The notes beneath the pieces were generated by a model, which made no database searches, was not told the DNA's origin, and saw only the letters and a program-made list of their open reading frames with translations. DNA of 64,000 nt from a virus (taxonomy: Duplodnaviria; Caudoviricetes). Below are positions 28,945 through 38,783 of the stretch, piece after piece (positions within the stretch are counted from its first letter, which is position 1; every line of letters starts with the position of its first letter). Position numbers and translations under genes: made by a program. Location of the stretch: the IMG/VR virus record IMGVR_UViG_2852055501_000011, positions 20,357 to 84,356 of that record; one strand, given 5' to 3'.

Positions 28945-29478
28945 TTACTTAGAGCAAGCTTCGATGTTTCCTGTTGAAAGCTTGGGATCTATCCCATCAG
29001 GCAATACCACCCATTCAGTTATATCTTCGGCATATTCAAGGTTTTCCAACTCACCGTTTTCGTATAGTAATTTTAGGTTATCCAGCTCTTTTTTATCATC
29101 GTCGCCAATCATTGGATTGTCTGCCTCGATAAATGACTGAGCATCATCGATAACTTTCGGATACACCCACTTGACGCTGACAACGTATGCATTTCCATCT
29201 TTCTTTTCAGAAATAACGCTATACTTTGATTTGCCATATAAATAACCACTCAATTCATAGTAATTATTTGTTTCCGGCAGGCGATTTTTATCAACAAATA
29301 TTATATTTTTTATACCATCAGGTGTGCATTGTTCTATTTTTGAATGAGATAGCAAGTCAGTGTTCTCGGTATTTATGAATTCCAGCACAGTATCTGACGC
29401 GGTTTTTTCTCCACACCCAGCAAGGAGCGCGAGAGAAGATAGAACAGAAAAACACATTAATGACTTTCTCATCTCCAT
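28945..29478 (-). CDS. Moron lipoprotein
   Basis: Lipobox LLAGC, low GC, followed by a terminator. Confidence 0.75.
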   Translation of the reverse strand: MEMRKSLMCFSVLSSLALLAGCGEKTASDTVLEFINTENTDLLSHSKIEQCTPDGIKNIIFVDKNRLPETNNYYELSGYLYGKSKYSVISEKKDGNAYVVSVKWVYPKVIDDAQSFIEADNPMIGDDDKKELDNLKLLYENGELENLEYAEDITEWVVLPDGIDPKLSTGNIEACSK

Positions 29479-29807
29479 CCCTCTCTTTTCATTTTCTCTG
29501 TAATTTCACTCAGTTTTTCAAGTTCTTTTCTCTTCTTAAGTATGACTGAGTATTGTTTGAAACCATAATGAGATGGAGCGAAAAACTCAGACCCGTTATA
29601 CATCGCTGGGTTGTTTTTCATCGCCTTCATAGCCCTTGAGGAGAGCGCTATCTGCTGCTCGCAAAAATGTATGGCTTTGTTTAAGTTGTCGCCTTTATCG
29701 CGCAGCTTATAATGTTTTTTAATTTTTTCTTGCAGCCCAAAGTGGATATCTAAAATTACATCATCAGGCAGATTTTTCAGTCCATCTAACCATTCTTCTT
29801 CTGTCAC
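29469..29807 (-). CDS. Moron hypothetical helical protein
   Basis: 112 aa, GTG start with GAGGG RBS, overlaps the lipoprotein gene. Confidence 0.65.
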   Translation of the reverse strand: MTEEEWLDGLKNLPDDVILDIHFGLQEKIKKHYKLRDKGDNLNKAIHFCEQQIALSSRAMKAMKNNPAMYNGSEFFAPSHYGFKQYSVILKKRKELEKLSEITEKMKREGWR

Positions 29808-29931
29808 ATCCCCACCCTCAATAATTAGTTTCCCTCATGTTAATCATCTGGTAGTGCAAAGGAAAGCAAAAAGCCTCAGTTAAGAGGCGGCGTGTGATCT
29901 AAATTACAAGGCCGTCCGTGGCCTGTGGGTG

Positions 29932-30714
29932 TCAGAACAATTTTGCAATATTCACATTGTGAACCGCTTTCCATGCCGCAGCCGGATAGGAGTTCGCTTT
30001 TCCGTAGCGTTCATCAGGAACAGATAGAACCTCTGCTCCATTGTCGGCACACCATTTCTTGAGCGGATGCCATTTGAATTTTGTTTCGGTCATATTCTCA
30101 ACCGCCAGAACCGTCGCATGTTTTTTACAGGCGCCAAGTTTCGCAGCGAGAGCATTCTTTTCACGGACAGCTACGGATGCAGTAGCCATTGCTGTGGCTT
30201 CACGCTTGCGACCAATCCACGCCTTAGTTTCCACCGCATAATCACGCTCAGCGGCAATCATTGCCTTTTCTTTCTCAGACTTCAGCAGGTTTTCCAGCGC
30301 TTCGATATAGTTACCGGGTACCACTGCATTCTTGCGGGAATTAAAATATGTATCTTCCAGCAACTCGAAGTAGTCCCATGCCTGATCTGTTTCCAGCATT
30401 TTGGCGTGGCGTGATGCACCTCTCTCAGTCCAGAGGATAAGGTTTCTTGCGTGCTTGTTAACTGACCCGAAGTTATCGGGGCAGTTCTTAAACGCATGTA
30501 ATTCCACGCCTTCTAACTTGAAGTAATGCTTTCCTTCAACAAACCGGTCTTTGTTATTTGAGAAATTATCCTGGATATTTCTCGCGTCAGCTCCGTACCC
30601 CACCGCCAGTGATTCAGTAGTGATTACCTTCTGATCACGGTAGTAGACTTCAGGAACCGTAAAGCGACTTTGCGTGACAACTGCATTATTGTTTGCTAAT
30701 GTAATTTGACTCAT
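29932..30714 (-). CDS. ORF6N-domain antirepressor-like protein
   Basis: VITTESLAVGYG..RFVEGKHYFKLEG..LWTERGASRHAKMLETDQAW. Confidence 0.88.
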   Translation of the reverse strand: MSQITLANNNAVVTQSRFTVPEVYYRDQKVITTESLAVGYGADARNIQDNFSNNKDRFVEGKHYFKLEGVELHAFKNCPDNFGSVNKHARNLILWTERGASRHAKMLETDQAWDYFELLEDTYFNSRKNAVVPGNYIEALENLLKSEKEKAMIAAERDYAVETKAWIGRKREATAMATASVAVREKNALAAKLGACKKHATVLAVENMTETKFKWHPLKKWCADNGAEVLSVPDERYGKANSYPAAAWKAVHNVNIAKLF

Positions 30715-30790
30715 GAAACTTCTCCATCATGGTTAAGTTTGGGGATTGCCAACAGTTCGCACCTGTTGGCTTTTCTGTTTTTAGTGCCTG

Positions 30791-31357
30791 TCAATGTGTT
30801 AACCTCGCTTTTGAATGCCACTCCATGTGTTTCAAAGAACTAAACAACGGGCCTTGCACGTCCTTTAAGCGCCCTGTCATTTCAGAATCAACCTCCATAT
30901 TCAGTCTGCGCAACGATGGCGATAACATGCCGCCCCATATTTCGTTAATGCGCTTGATGTGCTTATAGGCCGTGGTGAGATTTCGTAACAGAAGATGCTC
31001 ATCCAGCCCGTTAACTGCCACTTCACGATCCAGAATATCCAGCGCCCACTTACGGAATTGTTTAGCGACCGGCGTTGATGCAAACATAGCGATCAGGTGA
31101 GCGCCGCGCAGTGAGAAAAGGCGGACAACAACCTCAACTTCACCCGTTTTTCTAACCAACGTCATTTTGACGGTGGTTGTCATCGACTCCGTAAATTCAT
31201 CAGAATTACGGGAATACACGCGACTAACGTTATCAGTCCGGCTATAACCCAACGCTTTTGCTAACTCCGTTGATGTGAGCCACATTTGACCGTCCTGGTA
31301 AACCGGCTCAAATGTAATGTCCTGGAAAGTTAAGTCTGTTTTCGCTACACTGTTCAT
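30791..31357 (-). CDS. BRO-N domain antirepressor (P22 Ant N-terminus-like)
   Basis: WLTSTELAKALGY..RLFSLRGAHLIAMFASTPVAKQFRKW. Confidence 0.88.
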   Translation of the reverse strand: MNSVAKTDLTFQDITFEPVYQDGQMWLTSTELAKALGYSRTDNVSRVYSRNSDEFTESMTTTVKMTLVRKTGEVEVVVRLFSLRGAHLIAMFASTPVAKQFRKWALDILDREVAVNGLDEHLLLRNLTTAYKHIKRINEIWGGMLSPSLRRLNMEVDSEMTGRLKDVQGPLFSSLKHMEWHSKARLTH

Positions 31358-31427
31358 GTCATTTATTCCTGTTGAGGGATTATTTGATACTGAGGCCTCA
31401 ATTGTTCGCGCAGTTGAGGCTTCTTCG

Positions 31428-31598
31428 TTACGGCATCCTGAATTCACCATTTTTAGCCATCTCCCTCACTATCTCTAAAATATACTCAAGCTGCACCTGA
31501 GTAGAGCGCCGCTTTTCACTGGCAACTTCATCAATCCATTTGCGCATATCTGGCTGCATGCGGAATGGGTACGGGGAAATTCTATTTTTCTTTTCCAT
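31428..31598 (-). CDS. Arc-like ribbon-helix-helix repressor (56 aa)
   Basis: MEKKNRISPYPFRMQPDMRKWIDEVASEKRRSTQVQLEYIL; AGGAG RBS; below the ORF-track size cutoff. Confidence 0.8.
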   Translation of the reverse strand: MEKKNRISPYPFRMQPDMRKWIDEVASEKRRSTQVQLEYILEIVREMAKNGEFRMP

Positions 31599-31703
31599 AA
31601 ATTATCTCCTGTGTAGTATTCCAATTGCACATCTTCATGATGTAATATCAGTTATAACCCATGACTCCCTAATGTGTCAATATGAATTTTATAGAGTTCA
31701 CAT

Positions 31704-32525
31704 ATGAAAATTGATGATAATTTTAAAACCCGTATTACCCTTGCTAGGCAATCAATGGGGTTAACACAGGGTGAGCTTGCTGAAAAAATAGGCGTTGTAC
31801 GCAGGCAAGTCGCCGCATATGAGGCTGGTGATTCAAAGCCCAGGGAGAAAGTCCTATCCAACCTAGCTGCGGCCCTTGGGGCATCACCTGAATGGCTATC
31901 TCATGGACACGGCCCATCACCAGACCTGTCAAATGTAAGGAAAACTGTCACTCTGATAGAAATCCCAGTGATATCACTGGTTAATTCATACGATTATTTT
32001 TTTGGAAAATCTACGGGCGATGTAGGGAATGCTATCGTTGACTTCATTCCCGCTCCTCTTGGAGCCAAGACAGATTCATTTGCGGTGGAGATTGCTGGTG
32101 ACGCAATGACTTCATCTAGAGGGTTAAGCTTCCCGTCAGGAACGGTTGTTGTTTTTAATCCAACCGATCAGGCCAAAATCGGCGACTTTGTTCTTTGTGC
32201 TCTTCACCCAGATAAAGCGTTAACGTTTAAGCAGTTTATCTCCAGCAGGAGTGAGGCGCTTTTAAGACCACTGAACGCACTGTATCGCTCTATGCCGCTT
32301 AACGATGATACAGATATTATTGGCGTGGCCATCCACTCCCAGTATGACCTGACCGCAAAAAGACCATTTTGGGATAGTTATCCAGATAATGATTTTAACC
32401 CGGAATTGTTCCCAAATGACCTCTGGATGGATTATGAAAAAGAAACACCTCGGCGGGGGAGTTCCGTACTTTCCCGTCTAGACAAAATCGAGTCTATGCT
32501 TGAAAATCTGCTGAAAAATAAATAA
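31704..32525 (+). CDS. XRE HTH plus S24-like repressor with degenerate catalytic site
   Basis: LTQGELAEKIGVVRRQVAAYEAG HTH; GDAM in place of GDSM; divergent from arc/ant. Confidence 0.85.
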   Translation: MKIDDNFKTRITLARQSMGLTQGELAEKIGVVRRQVAAYEAGDSKPREKVLSNLAAALGASPEWLSHGHGPSPDLSNVRKTVTLIEIPVISLVNSYDYFFGKSTGDVGNAIVDFIPAPLGAKTDSFAVEIAGDAMTSSRGLSFPSGTVVVFNPTDQAKIGDFVLCALHPDKALTFKQFISSRSEALLRPLNALYRSMPLNDDTDIIGVAIHSQYDLTAKRPFWDSYPDNDFNPELFPNDLWMDYEKETPRRGSSVLSRLDKIESMLENLLKNK

Positions 32526-32543
32526 GCCCCGGAAGGGGCTTAG

Positions 32544-33236
32544 TCACGCCTTCTTCCTGCTCACCAGCCGACGCTTGCCCTTAATCAGGTCATCGTTGCG
32601 TGCATCATCGGCTTTGGTGATGGCCTCATACTCATCTTTCGTGAAACCTTTCTCATCGGGATATTTCGCCTTCAGCATCATCACGAACTCAGTCATTGTG
32701 AGTTGTTCCGCTTCGCTGCGGGTGATGTTGAAATGCACACGGGCGGCACTGATGTAATCGACGGCGCGGAACTCGTCGGAGTATTCGTCTTTACCTTCGT
32801 TGCGCTGGAGTTTGCGCACCTTGGCCTTGCCGATAATGCCGTGGGTCATTAGCTCGCGCGCCAGCAGGATGATATCGCGATAATGCATAGCGCCGAACCG
32901 GTACACCATGCCGGATTTTCCAACCCGCCATTCACCGATAACCTCAGAACAGTCATCGTCACAACATGCCTGCATCACGTCCATTGCTGTCGATAAAATG
33001 CTGCGCCCGTAAACCGGTTTATTTAACAGTGCAATCAGCCATTCAGGAACCACTCCGTAAGCGTCTACAGCAGACGCTATAATTTGTTGTACCTCTGCGC
33101 CATTTAATTGCGTAAACGCACTCACAATCTCTTTAGGCTCACCGATTCGCGTCATGGCATCCAGCGACGGGCGGAACAGGTAATCATTTTCGGCAGTGGA
33201 TATCACCATCTCGCCGTATTCTAAACGCGGTGTCAT
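32544..33236 (-). CDS. Probable tail assembly chaperone
   Basis: Follows the major tail gene; YISAARVHF..AEQLTMTEF. Confidence 0.7.
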   Translation of the reverse strand: MTPRLEYGEMVISTAENDYLFRPSLDAMTRIGEPKEIVSAFTQLNGAEVQQIIASAVDAYGVVPEWLIALLNKPVYGRSILSTAMDVMQACCDDDCSEVIGEWRVGKSGMVYRFGAMHYRDIILLARELMTHGIIGKAKVRKLQRNEGKDEYSDEFRAVDYISAARVHFNITRSEAEQLTMTEFVMMLKAKYPDEKGFTKDEYEAITKADDARNDDLIKGKRRLVSRKKA

Positions 33237-33286
33237 ATATCCTCCTGAACATTATCAAGGGCACTCGGAGATGCCCTTTGTAATAT

Positions 33287-34042
33287 TTAGGCCGCAGTGA
33301 CTGTAACGACACATTTCGCCGTCTTACTGCCATCTTCCGATGTGACTGTAATATTCGCGGTACCGGCGGCGACACCGGTTACAGTGACAACATTCAGCAG
33401 CTTACTGACGGTAGCGAAGTTAGGCTTATCGCTGACCACTTCGTAATTTTTGTTTGTCGCATCAACCGGAGTAAATCCGACAGTGAACGAGGCAGTTTCA
33501 CCAGCCTTCACTGTCAGTGTCGCAGGGTTGGCGGTGATGCTCTGCACCACGATTTCTTCCTGCAACCACTCAAAGCTGTCAGCGTCTGCGACTTTCAGCT
33601 CACCGGAATACGTGGCGATCTCTTTGGTCGGGAACTCCATCGACCATGATGTGAAGTTCATATACCCCTGAATCACATCACTGCCATCACCTTTCATGTC
33701 GAGCTGCACCCAATATGACGGCTGACGGCTGGCCTTGACTTCAGCAAGGATTTCTTTGGCAATATCAAAAGCAGACGTGGAACCATCAGCACCTTTGCGC
33801 TTCAGCTCACCATCAAACTTAATGGTCAAGTCCAGACCGGTCACGATGGCCTCGGTCAGCCCTTTTGTGTCGTCTGCTTTGGAAGTAACTGTTTCAGTAC
33901 CGTAATCCAGCCCTTTACTGGTCAGTGCGCCGAGACGCAGAAACGCGGACTGTTCAGGAACCGTACCGGGGCAACCGGGCGCGATGCGGAGAATCCCCGC
34001 ATTACCCATCACCAGGCCTTTATCATCAGGGCATTGTGCCAT
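33287..34042 (-). CDS. Major tail tube protein with C-terminal Ig-like domain
   Basis: PVDATNK..TVTGVAAGTANITVTSEDGSKTAKCVVTV. Confidence 0.88.
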   Translation of the reverse strand: MAQCPDDKGLVMGNAGILRIAPGCPGTVPEQSAFLRLGALTSKGLDYGTETVTSKADDTKGLTEAIVTGLDLTIKFDGELKRKGADGSTSAFDIAKEILAEVKASRQPSYWVQLDMKGDGSDVIQGYMNFTSWSMEFPTKEIATYSGELKVADADSFEWLQEEIVVQSITANPATLTVKAGETASFTVGFTPVDATNKNYEVVSDKPNFATVSKLLNVVTVTGVAAGTANITVTSEDGSKTAKCVVTVTAA

Positions 34043-34106
34043 GTTGTAACCTCTTTATTTGCAAATAAAAAAGGCCGCATAAGCGACCTGTTTGAAGTGT
34101 GTTAGT

Positions 34107-34475
34107 TCAGGATGTGCAGCGGAAAGCCAATTGCATGATGAACCGGCCTTCTTCTGTCGGTACCGGCTTAGGCATGCCGCCAAGGTTGTAAACTGAGTTG
34201 AGTTCGCAATCGTCCGGAAACTCGGATACGAAACTGAGAATGTCTTTCGCCCTGGTTAACACCGGCTCCGGATCATTCTGTGCGGACACCAGAATCAGCA
34301 TTACATTGTCATCTGCGCCAAGGTCAGAAAACCTGCCGCTGCCGCCGTCAGGCTGAATAACGGCATATTGCTGTGTGCGTGACTCCGGCTCTTCTGTCCA
34401 TGTCAGGTACTGAACAGTGAAGTCATCCAGCAGGCCGACGCGGTTCAGATAACGCTCAAACGCTTCGTGTATCAT
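34107..34475 (-). CDS. Tail terminator-like protein
   Basis: Position and size in the head-tail connector block. Confidence 0.6.
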   Translation of the reverse strand: MIHEAFERYLNRVGLLDDFTVQYLTWTEEPESRTQQYAVIQPDGGSGRFSDLGADDNVMLILVSAQNDPEPVLTRAKDILSFVSEFPDDCELNSVYNLGGMPKPVPTEEGRFIMQLAFRCTS

Positions 34476-34840
34476 ATGCGCATCTCCTGATGCATGGCCG
34501 CTTCAATCTCATCGCGACTCTCTTCAAATCCCAGCGTGAGGAACTCTTTTCGCGCAGTGGCACGCCGGAATGTCTGCTTAACTTTCGGGTCATGAACAAA
34601 TACCGCGTAGTTGGCAGAATACCCGACACGACCGGTAACGCGGGTGCCGTTCACTGTGATTTCACGGAACTGAGAGTTGATAAGTGTTGATGTGTCGATA
34701 GGCGTGAACAGCGTGGCCTGAGCGCCACCAATCAGCATTGCTGCCTGTATTGCGCGTGTAACTTTGCGCCCTGTGATATTGCCGACCAGTGCATTGATAT
34801 TGGCGCTGACCTCTGCGATACCTCTGATTTTCGCTGCCAT
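34472..34840 (-). CDS. Neck/tail completion protein
   Basis: TPIDTSTLINS..GYSANYAVFVH. Confidence 0.7.
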   Translation of the reverse strand: MAAKIRGIAEVSANINALVGNITGRKVTRAIQAAMLIGGAQATLFTPIDTSTLINSQFREITVNGTRVTGRVGYSANYAVFVHDPKVKQTFRRATARKEFLTLGFEESRDEIEAAMHQEMRI

Positions 34841-34841
34841 A

Positions 34842-35183
34842 TCACACCGCCGTTATCAGGGTGTAGTCATCCGCTATATGCTCGAATACGTCCTCATCAC
34901 GCTTGATGAATTTGATTTCGTCAGCACCGGCAGATACCGGATCACCTGAGTGCTTGCCGATAGCAATAAAGTCACCTTTCTTCGCATCAGCATACTCAGT
35001 CCAGAATACCAGTTTGATAGTGATTTCAGAGCCGATATCAATCTTTCCGCCCTTAAGCTCACTACCATAGCCACACAGGAAATAAACCGGCTCCGAAAAT
35101 TCGGGCTTACCGTATCTGTCCTTTCCGGCAAGCCGCCACAACGTAGCCCATGAGGTATACGCCCAATTAGCAACTGAACTCAT
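34842..35183 (-). CDS. Head closure-like protein
   Basis: MSSVANWAYT; position in the connector block. Confidence 0.6.
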   Translation of the reverse strand: MSSVANWAYTSWATLWRLAGKDRYGKPEFSEPVYFLCGYGSELKGGKIDIGSEITIKLVFWTEYADAKKGDFIAIGKHSGDPVSAGADEIKFIKRDEDVFEHIADDYTLITAV

Positions 35184-35551
35184 CGATACCCCCCGACCAC
35201 ACCGAAGAAGCCAACCGTTTTGCTCGACAACGGCAAATCAGAGAGACACCCGGCACTGTCCCATGCGCGGATCTGGTTCAGCAGATAATCAGTACCGGCA
35301 GAATCATATGCGAAAGAACGAGACGCCCCGTTAGGGGCGCTCTGTGATGATATCTTTCGTGCGCCAGACAGCGAGGCCAACCGGACAGCGGTGTAAATCA
35401 GCAGCAGTTTCTGCGTGGTTTCGTCGTAGTTGGCTTCGAGACACCCGGACTTTGCATTAACCTGACTCAGTAACAGCGACAGCACAGAATCAGGCAATGT
35501 AAACCCGAGTTCCGCAATCATCGGCTTTACGTCATCAAGAGTTATCTGCAT
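35180..35551 (-). CDS. Head-tail adaptor-like protein
   Basis: ISSQSAPNGASRSF motif; position in the connector block. Confidence 0.65.
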   Translation of the reverse strand: MQITLDDVKPMIAELGFTLPDSVLSLLLSQVNAKSGCLEANYDETTQKLLLIYTAVRLASLSGARKISSQSAPNGASRSFAYDSAGTDYLLNQIRAWDSAGCLSDLPLSSKTVGFFGVVGGYR

Positions 35552-35820
35552 TATTTTTTACCGTTCTGTTTTGCCTTTGGCTGTTCAGGCTGTTCAGGCT
35601 GTTCAGGCTGTTCAGGCTGTTCAGGCTGTTCAGGCTGTTCAGAATCGTCGTTACCAGGCGATGCTACTTCAATATCACCCGATGCGATAATCTCAACCAG
35701 ACCGGCCTTTTCCCATTCTTTCGCGCTTTCATCTGACATTGTCAGTTGGCTACCGGCTTCCACAGGCTGGAAACCGGCACCGGCGAAGACGTTATTTGAA
35801 ACTACTTTTACCAGTGCCAT
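35551..35820 (-). CDS. Small capsid-associated protein with EQP repeats
   Basis: 89-aa ORF after the capsid gene. Confidence 0.65.
   Translation of the reverse strand: MALVKVVSNNVFAGAGFQPVEAGSQLTMSDESAKEWEKAGLVEIIASGDIEVASPGNDDSEQPEQPEQPEQPEQPEQPEQPKAKQNGKK
35579..35641. repeat. 9-bp tandem repeat (GGCTGTTCA)x7
   Basis: Perfect in-frame repeat read directly from the sequence. Confidence 0.95.
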
Positions 35821-35829
35821 AAATCCCCC

Positions 35830-36906
35830 TTATGCGCCTTTCGCGTGAACGACTGAGAAGTGACCGACGATGTCCTGCTTAACCATCAGACCGGCAGCGC
35901 CCCATGTGCGCCATACGTAATCTGAGTTATAGAACTGACGCGGGTCTGCAACAGTACCGAACGCCTGACCGACAATCGGAGCGATAACGCCGGCGCCCAG
36001 CGGAACGATCAGCATTTCATTGCCTTTCAGCTCGTAATCTTCTTTGATGTCTTTGATGCCGGTGATTTTCTTCACTTCGTCCAGGATGGTGCGGGTCTGG
36101 TTAACATCGAAATACACGCTTTCCCAGTTTGACAGGATTTCACCTGACACATACCAGGTCTGCTCACCGTACTGCAGGTTTTGCAGTTTCAGCACGTCAC
36201 GCAGTTTGATGATTTCTGTGCGGATTTTCTTTCCGTCCTGTTCGGTGGCAAAGTTTACCGTCAGTGTCACCTGGGCTACGCGCTCATCAGCACGGATACC
36301 CTTCCATGATTTGCCATCAAACTTGATGAAATTACCTTCAGAATCACGGAACCCGTTCCAGATAAAGTCAACGTATTTGCGGCGGACAGTATCAACAGAA
36401 TCAGACTGCGCATCGGACAGAGAGGCCAGTGCGGAACCTTTCGCGAAGATTGGGTCACGGAAGCCAAACTTAAAGCCAGTATCGTGAATCGGCACCATAG
36501 TACCGTCGAAAGTGAACGCGCCAGCATCCAGCAACGCACCAATCTGTCCGGACATTGACGTATGAGCCACGCCACCACTGCCTTTGCGGGCATATTCATA
36601 CACGGATTCTTCCAGACGCACGGAGCGGGAAAGCCCCATCAGGTCATTCAGCAGGGTAAATTCGGTATTCGGCTGAAACTCGGACAGAACAGTCTGGTCG
36701 TATGCTTTATATAGGCGGCGGATGTCATCAACTGCGTTAGCGGCATCAACTCTGATTGCGCCGTTACCGCGTGAATTGGCGCGGATAATGAACTCAGCAA
36801 CAGCCTGCGAGGATGCGTCACGGGCAATCTGCAGTTCGCCAAACTGCGCCGTATTTGCTTCAAGGTTGCCGGTTTCGGTCGCTTTTTTGGTTGAAAAATA
36901 AAACAT
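35830..36906 (-). CDS. Major capsid protein
   Basis: About 358 aa, after the protease/scaffold and decoration genes; strong AAGGAG RBS. Confidence 0.8.
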   Translation of the reverse strand: MFYFSTKKATETGNLEANTAQFGELQIARDASSQAVAEFIIRANSRGNGAIRVDAANAVDDIRRLYKAYDQTVLSEFQPNTEFTLLNDLMGLSRSVRLEESVYEYARKGSGGVAHTSMSGQIGALLDAGAFTFDGTMVPIHDTGFKFGFRDPIFAKGSALASLSDAQSDSVDTVRRKYVDFIWNGFRDSEGNFIKFDGKSWKGIRADERVAQVTLTVNFATEQDGKKIRTEIIKLRDVLKLQNLQYGEQTWYVSGEILSNWESVYFDVNQTRTILDEVKKITGIKDIKEDYELKGNEMLIVPLGAGVIAPIVGQAFGTVADPRQFYNSDYVWRTWGAAGLMVKQDIVGHFSVVHAKGA

Positions 36907-36916
36907 TCGGTTCTCC

Positions 36917-37354
36917 TTACTTGAACACAACGCGAACCAGCTCACCCGCCTTAGCGGTCAGTGCTGAATCTTCTTCGACATAGGCGAATACAACTTCACC
37001 TTCCGCAGCGGTGGCCGCTGTGATCTGGCCGTTGGCAACAATCACCGGCTGGCCTTTTTTGTACGTGCCGGCAGCAGCGCGGACGTTCAGGAATAATCCC
37101 TGCAATGGCTGGATTGCAACCACCCAATCACCGGCCTTCAGGTCGTCATCTACACCTTTGCAGCGCAGATAATCCATGTTTGCCACGTACAGGATTGCCG
37201 ACTCTTTACCATCTACTGAGGCTTTGAACTTGCCGCCATCGAAAAAGCCTACCGTGCCTGGCTTAATGTCTGCTAACGCCTCGCCTTCACGATTTAACAG
37301 CGGGTTAGGAAAAATACCGCCCGCATGAATCACACGTTTTGTTTTGTTCGCCAT
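36917..37354 (-). CDS. Head decoration-like protein
   Basis: 145-aa beta-rich ORF between the scaffold and capsid genes. Confidence 0.65.
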   Translation of the reverse strand: MANKTKRVIHAGGIFPNPLLNREGEALADIKPGTVGFFDGGKFKASVDGKESAILYVANMDYLRCKGVDDDLKAGDWVVAIQPLQGLFLNVRAAAGTYKKGQPVIVANGQITAATAAEGEVVFAYVEEDSALTAKAGELVRVVFK

Positions 37355-37360
37355 TTCGTT

Positions 37361-38764
37361 TTACTCCGGCATTTCTGATACTGAGGTGGAAGAGTTCTGC
37401 TGAGAATGGAACGAGCCATTCAGCCCCTGAACCGGTGCGCACTGTGCATACAGTTCTTTCAGCGGGTCGCCGTCCAGCGCATTCACCGTCGTTTCTGAGA
37501 AGCCAAACTTGGATTTCACCGCTTCACGCATGGCTGATTTTTCTTTATCAGCGTTTGCGTTTAACTGACTTTTAAGTGCGCTGATTTCATCAGTGAGCGG
37601 CTTGAGTGCGGCATTCACTGCTGCGGTGACGTCATCTGTGTTAGCGGCCTTGTCTTTGGCCTCTTTCTCTGCTTTCTCACGCGCCGCTTTCTCTTCCGGC
37701 GTTTCTTCGCCTTTTGATTCATTGGCAATCATCTGGTTGTACGCATCCATCAGCTCAACATCGGATTTTCCGTCTGTGTCGATGCCTTTTGCCTTCAGCG
37801 CGTTTGTGATGAGTTGTTTCATCGGGTCGTTTTCCTTATTGGTTTTTACTTCGTACTCTGTTGGCTTGCGCACAACTTCAATGGGCTCACCGACAAGATC
37901 AGCTTCGCCGTTGTCGTCGATGAGATACTTTTGCTGGTAGGTTTTACCGGATGTGTAGTAGATGAATTTGTCAGGCCAGACTGCTTCCGGATAAGGCCAG
38001 TCGTCATCAGGAAATTTCGACCTTAATGCAGCACGTAATGCACTGTGGATATCATCGAAAGAGAGATTTGACCCGTTGGTGAAGAAGAATTTCACCTTGC
38101 TGAGAATGCCCGCTTTCGTACAATTTGCCGCATCAATCAGGCTGGCATTTTCGATATCGCATTTCTGCCCGTCATCGTTAACGAACATCCCGACACCATC
38201 CTCCGGTGTGGCTGCTGCCGGCTCACTCGCCGGAAGAATGGCGATGTGGTCAAAGTGCATGTTTCGGGCTACCCATGTATATGGCTTACCCTTTGACTTA
38301 CCTTTGTTCTGCTCGCGCTGCAGCAGCAATCCGGTTGATACGTGGATCGGGTCTTTGCTGTTACCGGCAATGATGTCATCCACTCGGGCAAGGAACTCTT
38401 TGCCTTTTTCGGTGGCATCCGCGAAACGGCGGTTGACCTTCACGTCCATGACGACTCTTTCACCATCTTTGCGGACATTTTCAGCCCATGCGCCGATGTG
38501 AAACTGGTTTACCGCTCTCGGCGTGTCAGCCGATACGTAATCTGTGCCGATTTTAGGGTGTCCGTACGGGCACTGCTTCCCCTCCATCGACTTAAAGCTT
38601 TTGTTAATTTCGCTGGCCGGATATAGCCCCCCGTTCATCACAACGTCATCAACAACAGGCACAACGCCGCGAATGACGATATGCTCGTCACCGTCGATGA
38701 TTTCAGTTGAGATATTAGAGGAGTTGATAGCCAGCGATTTAACATGAATACCCGAAAGCTTCAT
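37361..38764 (-). CDS. Prohead protease/scaffold (DUF2213-like)
   Basis: GHP, VSTGL and DHIAIL motifs with charged C-terminus. Confidence 0.78.
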   Translation of the reverse strand: MKLSGIHVKSLAINSSNISTEIIDGDEHIVIRGVVPVVDDVVMNGGLYPASEINKSFKSMEGKQCPYGHPKIGTDYVSADTPRAVNQFHIGAWAENVRKDGERVVMDVKVNRRFADATEKGKEFLARVDDIIAGNSKDPIHVSTGLLLQREQNKGKSKGKPYTWVARNMHFDHIAILPASEPAAATPEDGVGMFVNDDGQKCDIENASLIDAANCTKAGILSKVKFFFTNGSNLSFDDIHSALRAALRSKFPDDDWPYPEAVWPDKFIYYTSGKTYQQKYLIDDNGEADLVGEPIEVVRKPTEYEVKTNKENDPMKQLITNALKAKGIDTDGKSDVELMDAYNQMIANESKGEETPEEKAAREKAEKEAKDKAANTDDVTAAVNAALKPLTDEISALKSQLNANADKEKSAMREAVKSKFGFSETTVNALDGDPLKELYAQCAPVQGLNGSFHSQQNSSTSVSEMPE

Positions 38765-38783
38765 GTGGTGGCCTCTTTGGTTA

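Noticed and set aside
31609-31624. LexA box upstream of the arc/antirepressor operon
   Set aside because: CTGTGTAGTATTCCAA lacks the invariant CAG half-site
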